Origin: Camelus ferus
Taxonomy: Eukaryota
NCBI RefSeq assembly: GCF_009834535.1
Contig: NC_045697.1
Location: forward strand, 96,102,001 to 96,166,000
Length of the DNA stretch: 64,000 nucleotides
Direction: 5' to 3'
In this document: positions 54,201 through 64,000 of the stretch, piece after piece
How the letters are laid out: the number at the start of each line of letters is the position of its first letter
Position numbering within the stretch: the stretch's first letter is position 1
The notes under the pieces: generated by a model
What the model saw: the letters and a program-made list of their open reading frames with translations, nothing else
What the model was told of the DNA's origin: nothing
Databases searched by the model: none
Position numbers and translations under genes: made by a program

Positions 54201-57200
54201 CAAATAATTCAAAGGCTGTTATAAACCTTTGGACTTACTGGTTTATAACTTGACTTCTCTTATATGATGATGTTCTTATGCTATCAGGATTCAGTGTGAG
54301 TAAAAATATATAGTAACTATGATTAACTATTCAGTATTGATGAAAACTACCAAATTAATTCTGAAAGAGCTTTTAGTAGCCAAGTATTAGAGGACCCCAA
54401 ATTTAGATTTTTGGCTTCTGTCTCCCCTCACCACACTGCTTAGACTTATTGAGCAAAATCTATCTTAAATGTATTCTCTAAACACTTCATCTGAACACCA
54501 TCACCCAGACCAGCCACAGAGCAGATCACTCTCTCTTGTTCATCACACTTTATTTAGGTTATAGCCCTGCTATTATTTTATAAAAGTTATTGCAAAAAAT
54601 TCTGTCTTGTTCAGTATATCTTTTTCTTGTATTACACATACTGTTTTATTAAAAGCAGGGATAGTCCTTTATTTAATTCTTGGCAAATCTCTCATTTTGC
54701 TAAGTAGAGACTTTACTACTATATGTTTTGAGGAAATTAAAAAAGGTTATGTAGATCAATTTATGAGGCAAGGCATGAATATTATTACCATTTATCAGCA
54801 TGCTTTTGGATTTTATGATTTACTGTTAATGGTGGTAACTTACCTTACAGTTCAATTACAGTGAAATGCAGTATATTTCAATATTTACATTCATGCCCTT
54901 GTTTGACAATAATATGAACCTTATTCAAGCATTTTAATTTAATTTTAACTGCCATATATCAGTAGTTCTAACAGTAAATAACTAAATGGATGAGACTTTG
55001 TAGAGTAACATAATGAAGAACCCAATCTAGACCCATAAACAGCTTTCTTGGCAATTTCTCAGACAGTAACCTCACTTCCTATTTGCCAAGTTCTAACTCA
55101 GCCTACAAACAACAGGGCTTTGTCAACTGGTGGCTAGCATATAATGAAAAAAAAAAAAAAAAGAGATAGAAACAAAGGAATAATATGTAACAAGTAAAAT
55201 AGAATATCTTCTAATTGTACCAGATGGCAGCACACCACTTTTATTAACAGGCTTCTCATTGCATGTTAAGGTTAACAACTCCCTATTTCATTATATATGA
55301 CAGCTTACTCATTGAGTTTTACTACTCCTTTTATAAAGCTTATGTGCAGGTCTCTTACAGGATATTCTCCGCTATCCTCTAAATGGAAATGCTCCCATAG
55401 AAACCCCTATTCAGGTTAAAATTAAAAGAATACACCAATTTTGCTTATCTTCTCTATTAGCATTTATTAGTGCCTTATGATTTGTATAAAAATTAAATTT
55501 CTTTGAGTCTTCACAATTTTATTTTCAATTAATGATATATTTAGTCCAATTATATAGATTTTATAACACTTATTTATGATTTAAGTATATACCAACATCA
55601 ATTCTTATTTTAAAAGTAAATTTCACCATTTTCTCTTTCTTTTATACCATTAAATTTAATGAAAGGTTATTGTCTATTCATGTTTCAAATTTCTATTAAC
55701 AATATTTATCTAGTAATACAAGAAAGTATTTGTAATATTTCTTCACTTTTATTTATGGATGTGAGAAAAACAGCTTTCTTTAAAAAATTTTTTCTCAAAA
55801 ACTGGTTTTTAAATAATGCAATGAGGTAACCTTCTAATGTAATTGCATATAGCTTGTTTGAGAGACTTGGAAAATGAATAACGGAAAGTCTATATCAACT
55901 TTTTATTCATGACATTATCCAATATGTTGACTGCCATTCACTGATAATGTCACAAATAACTCTGTTACCTACCACTGGCTTCCATTCAGGCTATTACTTA
56001 CTCTCACATTCTGCAATCACTTATTATATAATTCAGTGGAGGGTAACTAACATATTTGAAAGCGTTCCCTTTTACCCCATCTATTGATTGACAGAATTTC
56101 TGGTTTCTATTAGGAGTGGACTCATTTGTATGTAAAATACACTGTAATATCCAATTGCTTGCATAAAAATTTAAAACAAACAAGAATCAATGCAGTTTTG
56201 TCCCAGTTTCAACTGACAAGTGCTGTATGTTGCACACATTCAGAAATTCTCAGAGGACTTTTTGTGAGGGTGACTTTTTAAAGTATTTAGAAATATGTAT
56301 CTTCATCAAAAAACCAAAGGAAATATTTTTAGAAAGAAATTATCAATAACAGTGGCATCTTGGATTATTTGATTTTGAGGCTTAAAGGTAAATATAATTC
56401 AAATGACAGACAGATGAATTTATGCCTCTAGCTGTGTCTCTGCACACTGAACTGCATTTTTTTTTTAACATAGCAGCAAAGGGAGAGATGCCTACCGGTT
56501 ACATAGTTAAATAACACAATCTATATTCACAGCTTGCAGACAGGACAGCTAGATCACAGAAACCACTCACTTTCTAGTATTTCAATGTTCATTTTTGCTA
56601 TCTTTTTACATTGGTACAGTTTAGGAAATATGCTTCATTTTTCCTTCTAGCAAACAAGGGGTTCATCAGTGATAACTGTAATCTGTGTGATATGACTGAA
56701 ACAACAGAAGGCAAAGTTTAAATAATAAAATAATGCACATTTTTTCACAATTTTTGTATGGTTGCAAAAATAATTAAAGATAGCTTCTTACAGCTCCTTT
56801 TGTTAAAATTCTATTAACTAAAGAGGATATAATTGGACCCTCAATAGCAATAGATAATATGATCTTTAAAGTTCAGAAATATAATGACCAACTAAGAGAA
56901 TACGCTGAAATTTTCTATGGTTTGGGAAGAACACAGTGGTATAATTATCTATGTGAAATGTGTTTGAATGTAAGATTTATTGCACATTTAGCCATTTGGA
57001 CCATCTTCAAAAATCTGGTGATACGTTGGGGGAAGCAGCGTGACTGAGTTTAATAACTAATTCATTAATTAATTGAATGGCAGAAATTGACCAAGGCTTC
57101 ACTTCCAGTGTAATTCTCAAATGGGGTATGAGGTTACACAAGGAATAACTGGAATTATTATAAAAATATTATTAAAGAAAATATACTCAGAGTGCTTTAT

Positions 57201-57939
57201 GTATTTCAATTGGTGCCTTCTAAAATATAACTTGCCCAATTTCAGATTATTGAATAGGTTATTCTCATGTCAGTTAAACCAAAAAACCCTCTCCAGTCAT
57301 GTGTGTATGTGTGTGTTTATGTGTGTGTATAACACAATGAAGGACAACTGTGATGAAGCCATCACAGCCTTTATTTAGTTGTTAATACTCTGAAGAAGGA
57401 ACTAAAACTGAGCTTTCTTGTTGGTGAAGGTAGAAATGAATAATCAATTATCACTGACTCATTACCATCTAGATATCTATGAGTTGCCTGATCACTAGGT
57501 TGTCCAGAAATGTTTGTAAAATTCCCTTCAATGTGTTACTTGTTTTGAAAGACCGCTAATCACCATGATCATCATTGAAAAAGAGTTCACAATTTATTAT
57601 TCTATCAAATTCCATTGATTAGGTAGAGCTAGGTTGTCAAGTGCCAATTCCTTCATTCTTAGGTATCAAATTATAATTTGTGAGCAGTTTATTTTCAAAC
57701 CTTGGAATCTTAATTAGTCAAAAGATCTAAATGTATAAGTATGTGAAAACTAGAATTGAGAGCTCATAATTTTCATTATTTTTTGTTATGTTGGTAAGAT
57801 ATCCTCCTTATCAATAAGGTTTTCTTTGCCAGACACAGAATTAGAAATTAGTTTTGCCATCTGTATACTCATCTTGAATTTTTAAAGAAATTCATAATGA
57901 TGTAAAAATACATAGATATTGTGCTCAAGTAATCTGGCA

Positions 57940-60285
57940 ATTGTGAAGCAAGGAGACTATGCAACAGATAGAGGAAAGGAATAGTAGTGATATATAATCT
58001 CAATTTGTACATAAATTTATTTAAACTAAAACTCTGGGTAAACAAATAGACACTGCCATAAAATATTTTAGTTAAAATAATGAATATAATATAATTAATT
58101 AGTTGTTTCTAAGTGCACTTAAGAACTTGGAGAAAGAAAATCGTAAGCTCTGTGCTTCAAACTTTAAGATTAAAGGCTTGGGTAAAGAACAAGAAAGCAT
58201 CTATGCCTGCTAAATAATTATTATTTCCTATAGCTGCAGGGCTGCTATTTCTGAAAACCAAACCTAGGGTTTAATCCTGTAAGTGGCTGAATTACAACAC
58301 AAATGGAATTTATAACATCATAAGGTCTATTATTATAAAGATATTTGTTGGGGAATAATGGGACCCTGAAAATTGGAATGGAGCCATATGGGCAGAGTCT
58401 CATAAAGAGGGAGACACTGAACTCCCAAACTCCTTCTGATTCTTTGAGGAATACAGTCTCTCTTTGTCTGAAAAAAAATATCTTTAATTGCCTCCCCTGA
58501 GGCAGTTGTCTGGTGGGAGACTTCTGATCACCTTCAGGACCCAATCTTATAGCTTCTTACTGCCTCCAGACCTAGAACCAGACTCAAGTGCCACCATGTC
58601 CCAGAGAGAAACGTAAAGAGTATGAGCCATGAGAAGGCTCAGTATACTCCAAAAATGGCAAAGTTATGTCAAATTACATAAATAGGAATGTGGAATAAAT
58701 GTTTTGTAATGGATCCTAAGAGTACTGTGTTAGGATGAAAGACATACAATGTTATATCAAGCTGTGGTCATTGATAGAGATACAGTAAAAAGTATTCCAG
58801 GTTCAGCTTTAGCTGGGAGAATGGCTCTAACCATTTGTTTGGTATTTTGAGTGAAATCTAGACTCAAAGGCAACCTATGATAAATGAAATTAAGGTTTTG
58901 GAAATCCTTTGGTATATCATAACGGATGGTATCTAGAGGATTAGGGAGATTTGAATGTTAGAGAAGATTTTCATGCAACATCTTCAAATTATGTCTCTTG
59001 GAAAAGTCCAGAAACTATTGTTTTATGAAGGCTTTGGTAATTATATTTATAAGGGGAGTCACCACATTCTCAAAACTCTGTATTACTTCTTGCCTGTAGG
59101 CCAGAAGTCATAGTGCAAAACTCTGTCATTGAATTATCTGACAAACTGAATTCAATTCAGATGCTCAGACCAGGATTGCAAAGGCAGTACTTAATTGTTA
59201 AAGATAAGATAGTTGCGATTACTTTAATGGTAAGTAGGTACAAGCAGTAACCATAAAAACTTTATCTACAGAAGTGGACATTAGCTAACTGATCATGATG
59301 TTCCTAGAATTGAAATAGGCATTTTACTGAGCCATTTTTGACTCATATAAGTGGAAAAACTGTAGAGCTGTTGAACAGAGAAGTATGACTAAATCACCAC
59401 AGTGAAGAGTCACAGTCTCTCAAAATATTCCCAGGTTTAAGGCAGTTCGCAGCACAGAGATACCTGAATGAAGAGGAAGTATAGTCCTCTTGCTATACTG
59501 ACATAAATTTATAAATCTTTTCTCAGCTTTCTCCTGAGGGATATGACATAATTTACCAGGATGGTTGCATACTGGTGAAAGGAAAATAATCAGAATATTT
59601 GGAAATATCAGATGCTGGTTCTAAACTGGAATCTCAAATGTCACCATGGTCCACAAGAGTACAAGCTTACAGAATTCAGGCAATCAAAGGAGTTTGGTTT
59701 GAGTTCAGCTTACCATGGGACCCTGAATGCAATCTGTGGTTATTTCCCAATTTTTAAATGCACAATTGAAATAAATATACCCAGAAACTGACAGAGTTTC
59801 CTGATCCACAGAGTGAAAATTATTGGCAGTAAAGGCCAATTAGAAGCCATCATACCTGCCTCTGTTGATTTAAACAGTCAAGAGAAGGTAATACCATGCT
59901 ACTGCAGAGATTACAGAGATAGTGCTACAATCAAGATACAGAAGAGGTCAATCTTTTCATATTCTCATTCAGCTCACCCTCTTGACCTGTGCAGAAGTTA
60001 GATGGATCTTGGAGAATGAGAGTTTCAGTGTTGGATCAAATTAGGGAATCTTTTGCACCTGATATGTAGGTATTAACCTTGCAAATGCTTTTTCCTATAT
60101 CTGTTAGTAAAGACCATCAGAAGCAGTTTTCTGTCTTCTAGCTTGGCCAGAAGTAATCTTCACTATCCTACTCATGATTACATTAACTCTCCAACCATGT
60201 TCTGCAGGAATCTTAATTCCCTATCCTTTGCAAAATGTATCACACTGGTCCATGACATTGATGAGATCATGTTGACTGAATAAAA
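57940..60285 (+). mobile_element. Decayed ERVL-class internal region (gag-pro-pol remnants)
   Basis: Manual translation gives WDPENWNGAIWAES (58359; gag), DAGSKL (59611; protease DTGSEL-like), PVQKLDGSWRM (59986), INLANAF (60072) and TLVHDIDEIML (60242; degenerate YIDD). Confidence 0.85.
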
Positions 60286-60403
60286 CCATTACCATAGCAG
60301 GTGATGGGGGACACGAAAAGTTTATTGGAAGTTAGGGCCTTACTACTATTTGCATAAATAAAGATTATATAACCCCTATCTATATTTCTTTCCCTGAATT
60401 GTA

Positions 60404-60470
60404 ATATATATCTATATATCTATATCTATATCTATATATATATCTATATCTATCTATATATATCTATATA
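60404..60470 (+). repeat. (TATATC)n/(TA)n compound microsatellite
   Basis: Direct reading. Confidence 0.9.
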
Positions 60471-60579
60471 GCTATTAACACACTTCTCTTTCCCTCTTAT
60501 CCCACCCCACCACCAACAAATGTATGAAGGTTAAATATGCCAAAATTTTTTCACTTAGTTGAATATTAAAAATGGATTC

Positions 60580-61195
60580 AAATAGGTGAGGGAGGTTAAG
60601 AGGTACAAACTTCCAGATGCAAAATAAATGAATCACAGGTATGAAATGTACAGTGTGGGGACTACAGTCAACAGCTCTGTAATAGTATGTGATAGATCAT
60701 AACTAGGCTTATCGTGGTGATTATTTTGAAAAGTATAGAACAAATCACTATGTTCAGTAACAGGAACTAACATATGTCGTAGGTCAATTATACTTCAAAA
60801 ACAAATAAGCAAACTCATAGAAAAAGAGATCAGATTTGTACTTACCAGAGGCAGGAGTGGGGGTGGGGTGGGAGGCGGAAGAATCAGATGAAGCCAGTCA
60901 AGATGTACAAACTTCCAGTAAAAGACAACCAAGTACTAGAGATGTAACATACAAATCACATATGAAAGCGGTTAAGAGAGCAAATCCTAAGATATCTCAT
61001 CACAAGGAAAAATTTTTTCTATTTAGTTAAGTTTGTATCTATATGAGATGATGAATGTCCACTAAAATTACTGTGATAATCACTTCATGATATGTGGATT
61101 TCAAATTGTTATGCTGTCCACATTAAACTTAGACTGTGCTGTACATCAATGGTATCTCAATAAAACTGGAGGAAAAATAAAAATCAGGAAAAGAA
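60580..61195 (+). mobile_element. L1-type 3' UTR-only insertion with two tandem 3'-end modules
   Basis: 'gaggtacaaacttccag...tcaattatacttcaaaaa' and then 'aaactcatagaaaaagagatcag...atctcaataaaactggaggaaaaa'. Possible degenerate TSD aatattaaaaatg (60562-60574) / aatattaaaaaatg (61197-61210). Confidence 0.8.
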
Positions 61196-64000
61196 AAATA
61201 TTAAAAAATGAACTGTAATGAGAAAAATGGCCATTTATATTCAGAGAAGCTAAATTTATAGCAGTATACTAAAATAAATAATACAACTTCAGATTTTCTA
61301 CTCTTGTGGAGGGGGAAAATATAGTGGAATATAGTGGTGTTTGTTTCTGGAATATCTTAAGTTAGTATTGCCATTTTAGGGACTATATGTATATAAGAAA
61401 GTATGTCAAGCAATCAAATGACTTTATTATAATGGACACTTTATTTTTGTCTTGGCCAAACTTGCATTTACTCCCTCTTCTTGATTGTTGTATGCGGAAT
61501 GACTTCATTTTCATTAAATAGAGTTTGGTGGGCTACACAAGTTACTCTCTTTCTCACAGATAAAGGGCAGACATATTCTTCAAATTGAAGGATTCCCCCC
61601 TGGGTAATAAATCTTCTCCAAAGTGACAAATGAACCTGAAAATTTGCAAAGCTGTCTTTGGCTTTATGAGGCAGGCTCCCATACATTCTGCCTTCCAGTT
61701 CTGTGAAACTGTTTGGTTTCTGACAAACTTTCAAGATGGGTTTTTATTTTTCCATAGATGTGAGCTCACCATATGATTTTGCTGAAAATACTAAAGTTGA
61801 AACGGCTGCTTGCAACTAAAATAATCTCATTTAGAGAACATTCTAACAGAAACTATTCTTTCTTCCTTTATGAACCTTGTTAGTGTTCTCAAGTGACAGA
61901 ATCAAATTATAACACCTTTGCTTAATGATGTGAATACCTTCTTTATTTGTGTGTTAGATTTTATTGGCCTCTGAGGTTTAATTTTTATCCTTGAGATATG
62001 TATACATTTTCATACAAACAGACACAGACACACACAAAAACAAATGCAAGACTATGTGGGTTCTCTCAAGAAGACACCAGAATATGGTGGGAGGACAAGG
62101 AGGCATCACATCATCTCAAGCTGATGAGGCATTCTCCAAGGTTACAAGTACAATGTCACATGTTGGAGTGGACTAATGAAACTCAACTTCCTATGATCCC
62201 AAAGGTGATCTTCTTGTTTGTGTATTTTAATGTGGTTAAAAAACATTTGGTTCACAGCTGTTAAGAGTTAAACAAAGGAAAATAGGTTAAAAAGCAGTCT
62301 CTCTTGAGAGAGAAAGAAAGGAGTGAAGAGCATCTTGGCAAAGTGTAATGAGGAAGCGGGAGCCCAGGGGAAAAACTAGCTTCCTCAAATGAGACAGCAA
62401 GAAAATCTGCCAGAGACACACAGGGGAAATATGCCAAGATAACATATCTTCTCTGAGGGAAAGAGTCTGTGAGGAAAAACAAATTGAAATTGGGGAAATA
62501 ACTGAAAATAAAATCTTAAGAAGTAAGGAGACAAAAGGTAATGAGCACAAGACAGAGGAGAGAAAAAAAAAAGTGGGACTTCACTCATATACAGATGGTT
62601 TTGCCTTTACCGAATATGTGTGATGATAATTCTTTTAAAATAATATTGCTAACAAAAAGATTTTAACTATTCATATGCATGACTTTAGTATTCTCTTATT
62701 ATATAATGAGTTATTGATGATGAGGACAACAAAATGTTTATTATTAATTACAAATCTGCATTAGACTTAGAATTCAGATAGTAGCAGCATGAAGTCCCAA
62801 TAGTCACTAGTCTGTTACAGTGCACTTTTCGTGTGTGGACTATGGTCTTAGCATCATTAGATGAGTATTTTTGTTTGTTTAACAAAATCATCTCTTTACT
62901 TTAAAGGCAAACTATAGAAACAAATGAACAATTAGAGAACAAAAGAAACTTATCTCCAAATTGTAACAGGATAAAATATAGTGAGAAAACTCATACTCAG
63001 CATTTAAAAAAAAAAATGTAAAGTTGTATATAGAGTTGCACTTCCAAAAACGATAAAACTAAATTCCTACAAAATGTTGGAACTTTTTCTTAAAACATCT
63101 TAGAACAATCAACTAAGACACCAGATACCACAATTGTTTCCCAAAAAGAATCATTACTCTTATACATTCTTTATAACTGAGTAGATAATTTCAATATAAT
63201 ACATTTCATTAATACAATGCAATCATAATTTTTCACTTCATTTTTATGAGAATTGGTGAAGTCATTTAAGCTCCATTAAAATGTTTAGGAGAATAGGTTT
63301 TTATAAAGACAATTTTACTATGATTTTCCTATAGAATCTAATGATTAAAGCAACACTTAAAACTGATAACCCAATAAACAGAAAGAAATGGAGAAGTAAT
63401 GTTACTGACATTTAAGTTATAAGCTAATAAATATATAATAAAATTTGACAATTATATAGTTTCTATTTTAAAAAAAAGTACATTGATTTTAAAATGTTAA
63501 ATAGTAACATTTTCATATTTATTAGGAAATGAGCAACTATTTTTCAGCTGAAACTCAAAAATGTTCTATAATTTTATGTTTAGGAAGAATCACAACAGTG
63601 GAAGAAATGTGAAGCATTCAAGTATAAACTGACTTTAATAATGCTCAGGCTATTGATTAAATAGATACAGAATTTCTGCTGAAACATATCAAAAGGTGAC
63701 CATCCTTTAAAATTATACTTCTTTTCCAATATATTATCTAAAATGACAAAGTGCTTTTGAAATACTAACATCCTTATGCATTATGATCTGGGTTAGGTCA
63801 AGCAATGTAACAGGCAACAAATGTATCTCTGCAATGCCATATTGAAAAATGTGTGAAAAGAAGTATGATAAAAGTTATTCAGCAACTTTTTGTTCCCCCA
63901 GTTTCTGGGTCATTTGTCTATTATCTGACAATATCAGAGGTAAGACAAATTTTCATCACTTCTTTTGTTTGTTTGAAAAAATATATTGTTGAAATGCTTT

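Noticed and set aside
57940..60285. Possibility of a domesticated ERVL gag gene (Fv1-like)
   Set aside because: No sustained sense ORF; the motifs are interrupted by stops and frameshifts.
61741..61820. Acceptor-like 'ttttccatag' followed by a short open frame (VSSPYDFAENTKVETAACN*)
   Set aside because: The peptide is not recognised and no upstream exons support it. Such matches are common in AT-rich DNA.
1..64000. CRISPR array, prokaryotic operon, NUMT or non-retroviral endogenous viral element
   Set aside because: I saw no regularly spaced repeats, no gene-dense coding and no recognisable mitochondrial or viral peptides. A BLASTX of the repeat-masked sequence would be needed to exclude very decayed inserts.

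Overview
This is mammalian, largely intergenic or intronic DNA. It is probably from a camelid, an inference from a short tRNA-derived SINE and from the 3' end of the youngest L1. I found no credible host protein-coding exon or RNA gene. A 100-N scaffold gap (6752-6851) separates a moderately GC-rich, repeat-poor left segment from a very AT-rich, repeat-dense right segment. The dominant feature is a 5'-truncated, inactivated but relatively young ~5 kb LINE-1 (31459-36504, +) with a perfect 16-bp target-site duplication (TSD). The rest is layered transposon debris: older L1 fragments, L2, MIR, MaLR/ERVL/ERV1 solo LTRs, a decayed ERVL gag-pro-pol internal region, MER82 and MER58A DNA transposons, and microsatellites. 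Nearly all short ORFs in the track are chance frames or repeat-derived. I did not find evidence for a new biological system. The findings are modest observations on retrotransposition mechanics, assembly quality and candidate enhancers. Repeat subfamily names are from recalled consensus sequences and need RepeatMasker/Dfam confirmation. Boundaries of old repeats are approximate.
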